A stretch of 64,000 nt of DNA from the NCBI GenBank assembly GCA_045807765.1, contig JBJMGU010000232.1:1618-65617 (forward strand), given 5' to 3'. This document shows, piece by piece, positions 39,273 through 48,750 of the stretch. This DNA comes from Blastocatellia bacterium. Lineage in GTDB: Bacteria; Acidobacteriota; Blastocatellia; UBA7656. The position numbers were made by a program, and so were the translations under genes. The stretch's first letter is position 1, and each line of letters begins with the position of its first letter. Under the pieces are notes generated by a model. That model was not told where the DNA came from and did not search any database. It saw only the letters and a list, made by a program, of their open reading frames with translations.

Positions 39273-42200
39273 TCACCGCAATCTGGTCGCCGGGTCGCCG
39301 AGCAGAATGAAGGTACGCCGCGCGTCAAGGCTGCGCACTGCGCCTTTGGCCTGGAGTGCCGCGTCGCCGACTGTCAGACCATTGCCTTGATCGAGCAGGC
39401 GGCGGAACATCTCCAGGTCCATGAGCGACTCGGTGCCCGACTCGCTCATGCCTGTCGAAGCCCACACGGCGATGGCTCCGCCTTTCGCCCGCAACAACGA
39501 CTCGCCGAGACTCTCGTCGGTCGGGTCTTGGAAGTAGCCATTCAAGCAAGTCATCATCACGAACAATGACAGATTGCCGCCGTTTGCGAGCTGTGCCGCG
39601 TCGGCAGAGGTCAACAGGTTGCCGCGCCAGAAGCCGGCGTTGCCGTGACCGTAGTAGTTGACGATGCGCGGGCCGCGGTTGAGCGCGTCGAGCAGACGAC
39701 CTTTCGCAGCCATGGCGTCCAGATTGCCGCGATTGATCTGTTCGACCGACTGGCCGGGCTGAATCACGCCGCGCAGCTCGTTGCTCGCGACTTCGAAGCT
39801 GACGCCTTCGCTATCGTCGTCCGAAACCAGCAGCACGCCTTCGGGCCGCGCTGCCTGCTCGTAAGCGATGATCTTTGCGACTAGAGCAGCGGCTTCTGTA
39901 GCCGTACGCACCGGCAGCCTTCCGACCGCCATCGCCGCCAGCCCTTCACTGCCCATCTCCGCATACCAGTCATCACTCGCCGTCTCCATCAAGCTCGTAT
40001 CCACTAGCTTCGTCGGCACCACGTCGGCTTCGCCCAGCCCCAGGTAATTCTTCGGGTCATAGCTGGCGTCGCCTCCTATCACCACATAGCGCGGCACCGT
40101 CTGCCAGTTCCCTGCCGCATAACTGAGAAAGTCTTTGATCGCCTGCGGCGTCTTCTGTCCATAGCTGAATTCGTCGTAGAGGTCTTCGACATCAACGAGA
40201 GCGACTTTGTAGCCCTGGCGCTCGCGCCACGCCTTCAGCGACGCAAACGCGCGCTCCATATCTCCTCGCGTGATGATGACGTAGTCAGCCGCCTGACCTT
40301 TCTGCCGCCAGTTCGATGCCTGATTGAGCTTGACGCTCACCAGTCGGCGGGCGCTGTCGTCGGCCATTGCCAGAAGCTGTCGCGACCCGCCCTTCGTGGG
40401 AGTCACCGACACGCTGTAGCCTGACTTGGTCTTCTTGACCGTGCCGACCAGTTCGCGCGCCGTGTTTGGATTTGTAACATCAAATACACGAACGTTCGAG
40501 GTGGTGAAACCATCAACGCTCACCGCCTGCCTGGCTGCTGCCGTGAAGCGCAGTTCATTGTTATCGGCAACCAGCGCATGCCAGTAGTTGATGCGCAGGT
40601 AATCGATCAAGGTAATATCGGACGGGCCGCCGAGCGGCACCAGGCGCACGGTGTTCGCGCCTTCTTTCAGTAGCGACTGCGCCACATTGAAACGGGCGCG
40701 TCCGGCATTCTGTTCGCTGAAGACAATTTCGCCGACACGTTGATCGTTCAGTTGCACTTCGATGCGGTGACCGACCAGCGTCATGCCCTGCAAGCCGACT
40801 TCGAGCTGTGCCTCGGCATTGGCCTCGGCGACGTGTCGCAAGGTGAGCAATTGCGCCGGCAACGTGTTGGTGATGATCGGCCCGAAGAAATTGTCGTTAT
40901 CGCCATTGCGCAGGCTGGCGAAGTAGAGGCTGCGCGGTTTGGATTCGACGCTGTCGAAGAAGCTGCCGCCCTTGCTCGGGCTGGCGGGCGCGACCGTTTG
41001 CCGCATGCGCAGACCGGGCTCCGAGCCGTTGACCAGCCAGTAAACATGCTCGGCGGTGACGGCGGACGCCATGCCGACGCCATAGAACTCGATAGCCGGC
41101 GAGCCCGCAGATGAGCCGGCAGTGACGTTGATCGGCACCTGCTCGCCGTCAACATAGAGTTGCAGGTTGCGCGCCTCTGCGCTTGCATCGAAGCCGGCAG
41201 CAGCCAGTTCCGAAAGCGCAACGCGGTAGAAGCCTTCGCCGGTGATGGCGAGCTTTGCCGCCGGTTGACCGGCAAGGCTGCTCTGCACGGTGATGTCTGA
41301 GGGGCTGACGCTCTTGAGCGCCGCACGGCGCTCAACGCGCGTCGTCTGCGCTTCGGTCATGTTGAGCTGGCCAACGTCGCCAAGCGCCGGCGACGCTGCC
41401 ATTGTCGTCACCTTGCCCGGCGCGCGGCCCACGGCAATTGGCCCTTGCCAGGTACTCTGACCGTTCAGATCAATGGCTTCGACCCAGTAGGACGAGCCGT
41501 TAGCAGCAGCGTCAAAACAATTGTACGAGCGGCCCGCGCCGAGCGCCGTCGTCGGCCCGACCATCAGCGCCGAGCCGGCAATCAGTTGCGAGTTGACGCG
41601 CGTCCGCTTGCCGCCCTCTTCGCGGTAGACGTTGAAGCCCAGGTTCTCAACTTCATAACCGGTCTGCCAGCGCACCAGCGCGCCGTCGTTGTAGCGCGTG
41701 GCGCGGGCGGCGCTCGCCGGGTCGTTGTCGAAGCGCGCAGCGGTTGGCGAAGAAACGAAGACCGACAGCAGATAATCGCCCGCGCCAATTGCGTTAGCTG
41801 AGTTGATGCCGATTGAAACGCGTGCGTAGTAAGTGCCGCTCGTCCGCACGCGATAGACCAGCCCTTCAGCGGGCGAGTTCGGCGTCTGCGAAGTGAGCGA
41901 GCCGGCTCCCGATGTCGTGCTTGAAGTCGAGCTGCCGTCATTGACCGCCACCAACACGTTGGTGCCGCTGCTGTCGAGCAATTCGAGCTTGCCGTCTATC
42001 GGCGTGTTGTCGCGCGCCGGATCGCAATCAAGGCTCAGGAAGATCAGCGTGCCCGCCGACGCGGTGAACGAATAATAGTCTACGTCGGTCGAGGGCGCAG
42101 GGCCGCTCAAGGTGCCGCTGAAATAATTATTGGCAGCCGAATCGGCGTTAGCGGCGTCGTTGTTCGGCTCGGACTCGGCGGTCGCCTGTGCGCTCGGCGG

Positions 42201-43952
42201 CTGCACGACGGCATAGAGCCGGTAAGGCTCGAAGGCGCCGGTCGCCGAGAAATGGCTGACGCGCAGGTAGGTCGCCGTGCCGGTCGTCGGTGTGCCGGCG
42301 ACGTTGGGCGCTAGCTGGCCGAATGGCGTGTCATTATCGAAGTCATCGAATTCGAGCGTGTCGGTAGCGGTCGTAACCCGCATGTCGTAATCGATTGAGT
42401 TGCTGGCGACCGCGTCAATCAGGGCAAAGACACGCGAGTTGGCCGCCGGGGTGCCCAGCGAGAAGAAGTCTATGTCACCAGCCGCATTGATCGCGCCTTC
42501 GATGCCAAAGACTGCCGGGTTGGCGGTCGCCGGCGTGTTGTTGGCCTCGGCCTCTTTCGTGCAGCGCGTCGCTTCGATAGTGAAGGTGCTGCCCTCGGTC
42601 AGGCTGTTCTCGTCAACGAATAGATAAATCTGTTGCCCATTGGTCAGCGACAGGCAGGCGATCTCTTCGGAAGAAGAAGATGAGTCACGATTAGCCGCCG
42701 CCAGACAAGTGCTGACGGTGATTGGCGCCGTGCCCGCCGGGCAACTGCTCGCGGCGTAAAGCACCAGGTTGGCGTCGGTGCTGTAGTTGGTCACTCTGAA
42801 GGAGTAGGTGTCTGCCGATGGCGCAGTAAAGGAATAGACCACGTCGCGGCCCACCGCCGTGGACGCCGTCTGCCCGATGCCTGTAAAACAGGCCGAGCCG
42901 GAAAGTTGATAATCGTTCGAGGCGGCAACCGTCGTCCCGTCAACCGGCGTAAACAGGGATAGCGCCGTGGCGCCGGCGCAGGTGTCATTCGATTGAGCCA
43001 GCACACGCGAGACGCGCAGTTGAACCGCGGTCTGGCCGGCTACTGGCGGCGCGGTGTTGTATTCCCAGACCACGACGTAGTAAGTCGTGCCAGCGTTGAG
43101 CTGCGTGGTGATGACCGATTGCAGCGCGCCGGTGACACATCCGTCATCGTCGCAGCCGTCGAAACCACCGCCGCTCGGCACTTCGGTGAACGGGCCGGCA
43201 CAAGCGCCCGTCGAGGTGTAGATCGCCATCACCGTGTCGTCCACGGTCGTAGCGGTCGGCCCGTCCGAACAGCTCGCAATCGTGTAGATTCCCGAGGTGG
43301 TCGGCGCGAAGGTATACCAGATCGACCGCGACACATTGTTTTGACATGAAGGCAGCGGCGGATCGCTGACCGTCGTCGCATCGGTGATGTCTGCCGTGGT
43401 GCTGGTCAAGTAGGGAAACGGCCCACCGGCGGGGATGACTTCGGCGCCGGCGCACTGATCGTTGGGCGGCGCGGCTTGTGGAGTGCGCGGCGCGGCAGCG
43501 GCAGCAGCGGCAATGCGCTGATTCAGCAATTGTTTCTTCAGATCGAGAACGTCGGTCGAATGACGCGCGACGGTTTGCGTGTAGCGGCTCAAGAGGTCGG
43601 ACTGCTCGCGCGTTAATTGCGCTGCCTGAACGTAATGCGCGTAGAGCGCCCGCGAGATCAACACGTCAGCCTCAAGCTCGGTGAGCGATTGGCCGGAACT
43701 GTAGCGGCGCAGCAGGCTAGCTTCTTCTTCTGAGACCGCGCCGCCGGCTTTCCACTGCGCCAGCAGTTTGTCGAGCGCCGCCTGACGTTCCCCGTCGAGC
43801 GCGGCGACTCTGTTTTGCGCCGCGCCGATAGGCGAACGGCCACCGCTTGCCTGACCCGATTGCAGGTTGGGCAGCGCCAACCAGAGGCTCACGCCTGCCA
43901 GCATCAGCAAGAGACTGATGCTATACCGCACGTGCTTGGATGAAGCCTTCAT
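39273..43952 (-). CDS. Secreted C25-family (gingipain-like) protein A, with PPC-like/NDxC repeat cargo
   Basis: Signal peptide, PPNDQC/SNDTC and E-x-E-x-NN repeats. C-terminal module with NYYGHG, MTCLNGYF, LLGDP. Confidence 0.8.
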   Translation of the reverse strand: MKASSKHVRYSISLLLMLAGVSLWLALPNLQSGQASGGRSPIGAAQNRVAALDGERQAALDKLLAQWKAGGAVSEEEASLLRRYSSGQSLTELEADVLISRALYAHYVQAAQLTREQSDLLSRYTQTVARHSTDVLDLKKQLLNQRIAAAAAAAPRTPQAAPPNDQCAGAEVIPAGGPFPYLTSTTADITDATTVSDPPLPSCQNNVSRSIWYTFAPTTSGIYTIASCSDGPTATTVDDTVMAIYTSTGACAGPFTEVPSGGGFDGCDDDGCVTGALQSVITTQLNAGTTYYVVVWEYNTAPPVAGQTAVQLRVSRVLAQSNDTCAGATALSLFTPVDGTTVAASNDYQLSGSACFTGIGQTASTAVGRDVVYSFTAPSADTYSFRVTNYSTDANLVLYAASSCPAGTAPITVSTCLAAANRDSSSSSEEIACLSLTNGQQIYLFVDENSLTEGSTFTIEATRCTKEAEANNTPATANPAVFGIEGAINAAGDIDFFSLGTPAANSRVFALIDAVASNSIDYDMRVTTATDTLEFDDFDNDTPFGQLAPNVAGTPTTGTATYLRVSHFSATGAFEPYRLYAVVQPPSAQATAESEPNNDAANADSAANNYFSGTLSGPAPSTDVDYYSFTASAGTLIFLSLDCDPARDNTPIDGKLELLDSSGTNVLVAVNDGSSTSSTTSGAGSLTSQTPNSPAEGLVYRVRTSGTYYARVSIGINSANAIGAGDYLLSVFVSSPTAARFDNDPASAARATRYNDGALVRWQTGYEVENLGFNVYREEGGKRTRVNSQLIAGSALMVGPTTALGAGRSYNCFDAAANGSSYWVEAIDLNGQSTWQGPIAVGRAPGKVTTMAASPALGDVGQLNMTEAQTTRVERRAALKSVSPSDITVQSSLAGQPAAKLAITGEGFYRVALSELAAAGFDASAEARNLQLYVDGEQVPINVTAGSSAGSPAIEFYGVGMASAVTAEHVYWLVNGSEPGLRMRQTVAPASPSKGGSFFDSVESKPRSLYFASLRNGDNDNFFGPIITNTLPAQLLTLRHVAEANAEAQLEVGLQGMTLVGHRIEVQLNDQRVGEIVFSEQNAGRARFNVAQSLLKEGANTVRLVPLGGPSDITLIDYLRINYWHALVADNNELRFTAAARQAVSVDGFTTSNVRVFDVTNPNTARELVGTVKKTKSGYSVSVTPTKGGSRQLLAMADDSARRLVSVKLNQASNWRQKGQAADYVIITRGDMERAFASLKAWRERQGYKVALVDVEDLYDEFSYGQKTPQAIKDFLSYAAGNWQTVPRYVVIGGDASYDPKNYLGLGEADVVPTKLVDTSLMETASDDWYAEMGSEGLAAMAVGRLPVRTATEAAALVAKIIAYEQAARPEGVLLVSDDDSEGVSFEVASNELRGVIQPGQSVEQINRGNLDAMAAKGRLLDALNRGPRIVNYYGHGNAGFWRGNLLTSADAAQLANGGNLSLFVMMTCLNGYFQDPTDESLGESLLRAKGGAIAVWASTGMSESGTESLMDLEMFRRLLDQGNGLTVGDAALQAKGAVRSLDARRTFILLGDPATRLR
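39859..40280. repeat. 422-bp near-identical direct repeat, copy 1 (inside the C25 domain of protein A)
   Basis: Aligns without gaps to 45057-45478 with about 11 mismatches by manual count. Confidence 0.9.
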
Positions 43953-44272
43953 AATTAAATCTCCTGTATTACATCCTTCAATGATTACCGACTGCCGGGT
44001 GAACTGCCACGGGATCGCAGCGTTGCAAACGCGATGACCTGGATCAGCAACATGGAGTTGCCGCGCGCCTTCACCATATCAAGCATGCGCACATCGCCTC
44101 TTGCGGTGGCGCTGAGTATTGGGACAAACGGGCAAACGATCTCAGTCGCAGTCAGGGTGGAGGCGGCCCATGCCCCGACCGCTTGCGTCCTTATCGTTTT
44201 GCTGCTCTTCTGCGTTGAGGACAAGACGGAACTCGAAAACTTATGACAGAAAACTCTCGCCGAATCGTCGCT

Positions 44273-44302
44273 ATCGTATCGAGTATCACAACGGCAAGTC
44301 AA
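44273..44302 (-). promoter_or_regulatory. Putative promoter of C25 protein A
   Basis: TTGACT, 18 nt, TACGAT on the minus strand. Confidence 0.45.
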
Positions 44303-44321
44303 GTCGGCACGGCGGCTGTGT

Positions 44322-44472
44322 GACACGGCGACGCGGGGACGCGGGGACACGGCGACGCGGCGAAAGAAAGTGATGCCAGGGCAGCGCCGCCTTCTCTTGT
44401 TGCGATCAATCATTGGCGGCGCGGCAGCGCGCGGGAATCTCCCATCGCCGCGTCACCGTGTCCCCGCGTCGC
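44322..44472. repeat. Junction element J12: inverted arms of tandem 8-mers GACGCGGG/GACACGGC
   Basis: Five units at 44322-44363, complementary arm 44445-44472, which begins 4 nt after the stop of C25 protein B. Confidence 0.9.
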
Positions 44473-44476
44473 TTTC

Positions 44477-47400
44477 TTAGCGCAGTCGCGTCGTCGGGTC
44501 GCCCAGCAGAATCCAGGTTCGCCGCACATCGCTGCTTGAAGTCGCCGCTTTGGCTTTCAAGGTCGCATCGCCAAGCGTCGCGCCGCTGCTGAACAGGTAG
44601 CGGAATAACGCCTGATTGACGACCACCTGTTCTGCCGGGCCGCTCATGCCCGATGAAGCCCATGCGGCGACCGCGCCGCCGTGCGGCGCTTTCACCATCG
44701 CTTCGGCGAGGCTGTCGAGCGCCGGCTCCTGGAAATAGCCATTCAGGCAGGTCATGGCGACGAAGAACGTCAGCCGCTCCTGATTCGTCAGCGCCCGCGC
44801 ATCGGCGTCCGTAAGCAAGAAGCCATGCAACTGATCGATATTGCCGTGCCCCAGGTAATTGACGACCTTGCGCCCTTCATTGATAGCTGCCAGCAACCGC
44901 TCGCGCGAGGCCACATCGTCTGTCTGGCCGCGCCGAATCTCTTCGGCCCGCACATTGGACGGAATGAAATCACGCAACTGATTGGCGGCGCCCGCAAAAT
45001 CAAAGTCGTCGCTGCTGTCTGCGACCAGCAACAGCGCGTCAGATGGCGCAGCGCCGTCGTAAGCGATGATCTTTGCGACCAGAGCAGCGGCTTCTGTCGC
45101 CGAACGCACCGGCAGCCTTCCGACCGCCATCGCCGCCAGCCCTTCACTGCCCATCTCCGCATACCAGTCATCACTCGCCGTCTCCATCAAGCTCGTATCA
45201 ATCAGCTTCGTCGGCACCACGTCGGCTTCGCCCAGCCTCAGGTAATTCTTCGGGTCATAGCTGGCGTCGCCTCCTATCACCACATAGCGCGGCACCGTCT
45301 GCCAGTTCCCTGCCGCATAAGCGAGAAAGTCTTTGATCGCCTGCGGCGTCTTCTGTCCATAGCTGAATTCGTCGTAGAGGTCTTCGACATCAACGAGAGC
45401 GACTTTGTAGCCCTGGCGCTCGCGCCACGCCTTCAGCGGCGCAAACGCGCTCTCCATATCTCCTCGCGTGATGATGACCAGATCAGCGGCATTCGCCGGC
45501 TGTCGCCAGTTGGATGGCCTGTCTGCGACAATCGCCGCGGGCCGCCGCATCTGCGCCGCCGTGAAAGCGAGCAGTTGCCGCGTGCCTTCGCCCGGCGCGC
45601 TCACCGTCGCGTTATAGCCGCTCTTGTCATGGCGCACCGTGGCGGCGACTTCGCGCGCGCCGCCCTTCTCGGCTTCGGTAACATCCATTACACGAAGCTC
45701 AGCGCTGCTGAAGCCGCTGAGCGTGACCGCCGCTTTCGCCTGCGCCGTGCAGGCGAGCGCATCGCCGTCGGCGCGGTAGCCGCGCTCGTAGCTGATGCGG
45801 ATCGTGTCAATCAAGCTCACGTCGGTGCTGCCGCCCCCGGCGATCAACTGTATGTCGTTGTCGCCTTCGCGCAGCTTCGCCGGTGGCAGGTTGACACGCA
45901 ACGCCGCAGCCGCCTGACTCTCGAATGCCAAATCACCGACCGCTTCGCCGTTGAGCATTACGTTGACGCGGTGCGGCATCAGCGTCATCCCTTGCATCGT
46001 GACTTCAAGCGTGGCCGGAGCCGTCGCCACGACGTTTGACAGGCGCAAGCTGCGCGTCACGCCATTGCCGCCAACCGCCGCGCCAAAGAAATTCTCGCGC
46101 TCGCCATTGCGCAGCACTGCAAAGTAGACGCTGCGCTCGCGCAGTTCCGCCATCGCCTGATAACTCGCTGCGCCTTCGGCAAAGCCTTTCGATTTGACGC
46201 GCTTGATGCGTTGTCCCGGTTGCGAGCCCGCCACCAGCCAGTAAACGCGCGCCGTAGTGTAAGCGCTGTCGGGCGCAGTGGCGTAGAACTCGACGGCGTC
46301 GCCGACATCGAATCGGCCATCGGCTTCGCCCGGCACCGTGATAGGTCGCTCGCGCCCGTCTTCATAAAGTTGCAGCCGGCGCGGGTCAACGTCAGGGCTC
46401 AGCCCTGCGGCCAACAGCTCGGCTTGCGTCACGTGGTACATACCTGCCTGCTGAACGTAGAGCTTGAGCGCCGTCGCCGTCCCCTGCGCGACAGCGGGCG
46501 CGGCAGAGATGTTAAAGTTGCCGCCATTGCTTTCGTGGTCGCCGCGCTGCCCGCCCAGTTCTTCAAGCAACGGTGAAGGCGCATCGAGATTCGCGCCGGG
46601 AACATAGGCCGCCGTGAACGGCCCGTGCCAGTCGCTGCTGCCATCAAGCCCGATGGCTTCGATCCAGTAGCGGGCCGTGCGCCCACCGGGGGTCAACTGG
46701 TCGAAACAGCGATAGCTGCGCCCCGTTGTCAGCCCGATGCCCTGTCCCGCGAACAAGGCCGAGCCGGCAATCATCTCGCGGTTGACGCGCTGGCGCTGGC
46801 CGCCCTCTTCGCGATAAACGTTGAAGCCGAGGTTGTCGCTTTCGTAGCTCGCATTCCATTCAATCGCCACTCGCCCGTCCTGGTTGACGGTCGCCGACTG
46901 CGACGACATGCGCGCCAGCGTCGGGTCGCCGGTGGCGATGTTCAGGCACCAGCCCCCGCCAATGTTGCCGCTATCGCCGTCTTCGTCATCAACGATGTAC
47001 AGGCTCCAGGTGCCGTTCGGGTTGGTGCCATTGAAGACCGACAGCGCTGAGCTTGCTGAAGGCGTCGGCACACCCGGCCACGAATCGGGCGTCGTATCGT
47101 AATTCCCCGGCCTGTAAGTGCCCGATGTCATTGGGCCTGTATCCGGCTCGTCCGGCAGTGGAGCCGCGGCGTTGTCGTCAAACGTGAGGTTGAGATCAGT
47201 GTCCATCCAACTGCCACCGGCGTCCGACATGATGACGGCGGTGGCGCCAGTCGGCCCGACCAGCAGAATGTCAATATCGTCGCTGAACGTGTGGGTCAGG
47301 TCTCTGAGATCGACGGTCACTTTCGACACCCCGCCGGTTAGCCCGGCGACGTTGATCTGCGAAGGGTAGGGCGTCGCGGTGGTGGGCGGAGAGTGGCTGT

Positions 47401-48460
47401 CGTTGATATCGATGTTGGCCGGGTTGCAGCTCTGTGACGAGGTCAGGATATTCAAGCTCCAGCCGCCGGCGATGGTGCCGGCATTGCTCGTGTTGTCATC
47501 AACGACGTAGAGCTTCCAGGTGCCGTTTGGGTCGGTGCCGTTAAAGGTTGACAGCAGCGCGTTGCCGGTCGGCACGGGCGCGGGCGACGGGAAGTTGTCG
47601 CCCGCGCCCGTGCCGATGTTGGTCGGCTTGAAGGTGCCGGACATGAGCGGCCCATTGTCGGGCAGCGTACCTCCGGCATTATCGCTCAGGGTCAACGTCA
47701 CGTTCGATGCCGCGGTGCCGCCGCCGACATCTGAGAGGATCAGCGCATTGGCGCCGGTCGGCCCCACCAGCAGGATATCGATGTCGTCAGGAAAACTGTG
47801 CGACAGGTTCGTCAACGTCACTGTAACGATGGCCACATTACCGCTCAGCCCCGAAACATTGATGGTTGACGGATAAGGCGTCGCCGTGGTCGGCGGCGAG
47901 CCGCCATCATTGATCGTGATCGGCCCACTGTTTGTAAAGACCATGCCGTCGGGATGCGGCGACGTGGGCAGCGGGCGCGCGTGCTGGATCGTCGCTTTTG
48001 TCGTGCCGCTGACGCGCTGACCGTCTATGGTACTGGCGGTGACTATGATGGATTGATCGCCATCACCGAGCCGTAACGACCGCGCGGCGACAGAGACCAG
48101 CAGATCGTCGTAGCCATCGCCGTTCACGTCTCTTAGCTCGGCGCGCAACTGGCCCTTGGCGCGTTTGGTTGGCGGCGCGCCGGCGACCGCAACGCTGGCG
48201 GCTTGCAGGCTGGCCGCGGCGACGCCGGCGTTGCCATAGATGACCACAGGCACCAGCGGGCGACTGGTTACATCGATCACCTTCGCGGATTCGCCGGGTA
48301 GGATTTCGACTTCGACGCGCCACTCTGTGCCCGCGTCCTTCTGCGCTGCGACGATGCGGTAATAACCGAGTCCGAGCAATGCGAGCGCCAGCATCAGTGC
48401 CGCGCCGGTGCGGATAGACCGCATTGTCCTGCGCATCGGGCGCAAGGGCTGCCTTTTCAT
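44477..48460 (-). CDS. Secreted C25-family protein B, with two proprotein-convertase P-domain-like cargo repeats
   Basis: Start MKRQPL after AGGAGG. Two repeats of PYPSxINVxGL...DDIDILLVGP...FNGTxPNGTWxLY. NYLGHG, MTCLNGYF, LLGDP. Confidence 0.82.
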   Translation of the reverse strand: MKRQPLRPMRRTMRSIRTGAALMLALALLGLGYYRIVAAQKDAGTEWRVEVEILPGESAKVIDVTSRPLVPVVIYGNAGVAAASLQAASVAVAGAPPTKRAKGQLRAELRDVNGDGYDDLLVSVAARSLRLGDGDQSIIVTASTIDGQRVSGTTKATIQHARPLPTSPHPDGMVFTNSGPITINDGGSPPTTATPYPSTINVSGLSGNVAIVTVTLTNLSHSFPDDIDILLVGPTGANALILSDVGGGTAASNVTLTLSDNAGGTLPDNGPLMSGTFKPTNIGTGAGDNFPSPAPVPTGNALLSTFNGTDPNGTWKLYVVDDNTSNAGTIAGGWSLNILTSSQSCNPANIDINDSHSPPTTATPYPSQINVAGLTGGVSKVTVDLRDLTHTFSDDIDILLVGPTGATAVIMSDAGGSWMDTDLNLTFDDNAAAPLPDEPDTGPMTSGTYRPGNYDTTPDSWPGVPTPSASSALSVFNGTNPNGTWSLYIVDDEDGDSGNIGGGWCLNIATGDPTLARMSSQSATVNQDGRVAIEWNASYESDNLGFNVYREEGGQRQRVNREMIAGSALFAGQGIGLTTGRSYRCFDQLTPGGRTARYWIEAIGLDGSSDWHGPFTAAYVPGANLDAPSPLLEELGGQRGDHESNGGNFNISAAPAVAQGTATALKLYVQQAGMYHVTQAELLAAGLSPDVDPRRLQLYEDGRERPITVPGEADGRFDVGDAVEFYATAPDSAYTTARVYWLVAGSQPGQRIKRVKSKGFAEGAASYQAMAELRERSVYFAVLRNGERENFFGAAVGGNGVTRSLRLSNVVATAPATLEVTMQGMTLMPHRVNVMLNGEAVGDLAFESQAAAALRVNLPPAKLREGDNDIQLIAGGGSTDVSLIDTIRISYERGYRADGDALACTAQAKAAVTLSGFSSAELRVMDVTEAEKGGAREVAATVRHDKSGYNATVSAPGEGTRQLLAFTAAQMRRPAAIVADRPSNWRQPANAADLVIITRGDMESAFAPLKAWRERQGYKVALVDVEDLYDEFSYGQKTPQAIKDFLAYAAGNWQTVPRYVVIGGDASYDPKNYLRLGEADVVPTKLIDTSLMETASDDWYAEMGSEGLAAMAVGRLPVRSATEAAALVAKIIAYDGAAPSDALLLVADSSDDFDFAGAANQLRDFIPSNVRAEEIRRGQTDDVASRERLLAAINEGRKVVNYLGHGNIDQLHGFLLTDADARALTNQERLTFFVAMTCLNGYFQEPALDSLAEAMVKAPHGGAVAAWASSGMSGPAEQVVVNQALFRYLFSSGATLGDATLKAKAATSSSDVRRTWILLGDPTTRLR
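45057..45478. repeat. 422-bp near-identical direct repeat, copy 2 (inside the C25 domain of protein B)
   Basis: Matches 39859-40280 at offset 5198. Confidence 0.9.
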
Positions 48461-48604
48461 ATCGCCTCCTGAGTGCAAGTTGCGCAACATTCAATGAGTG
48501 AAGGGGACAGGATGTGTTGCGCTTTGGTTGTTGCTGCAATGATCCGCATCGGCTGAGCGCCTATGCAGTAGTCGCGCCTTGCAGTCCGTGTGTGACCGCC
48601 GGTA

Positions 48605-48634
48605 ATCCTAACCGCCCCGAAAATCACCAGTCAA
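48605..48634 (-). promoter_or_regulatory. Putative promoter of C25 protein B
   Basis: TTGACT, 18 nt, TAGGAT on the minus strand. Confidence 0.45.
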
Positions 48635-48680
48635 GCGAGATGCCGCTGATGCGCCTGAGAATGAATCGAGCGGCATACAC

Positions 48681-48719
48681 ACAAAAGAGCCGGAGGCAGC
48701 CTTTGCGACCGCCTCCGGC
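48681..48719 (-). terminator. Intrinsic terminator of C25 protein C
   Basis: Minus strand GCCGGAGGCGGTC-GCAAA-GGCTGCCTCCGGC-TCTTTTGT. Confidence 0.75.
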
Positions 48720-48750
48720 CCGCTCACATCAAACCAAACGATGGTTGCGC

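Noticed and set aside
43985-44413. 142-aa ORF between C25 genes
   Set aside because: It runs through the octamer repeat (RRVAVSPRPRVAVS), has no SD and no recognisable domain.
44681-46039. Long antisense ORFs (also 60319-61608, 8144-9181, 14773-15810)
   Set aside because: Expected stop-poor antisense frames in high-GC coding DNA, with no motifs.
48681-48720. GCAAA...GCCTCCGG resembling a c-di-GMP-I riboswitch
   Set aside because: The sequence forms a single perfect hairpin with a U-tract right after a stop codon and lacks the two-stem GEMM layout, so it was called a terminator.
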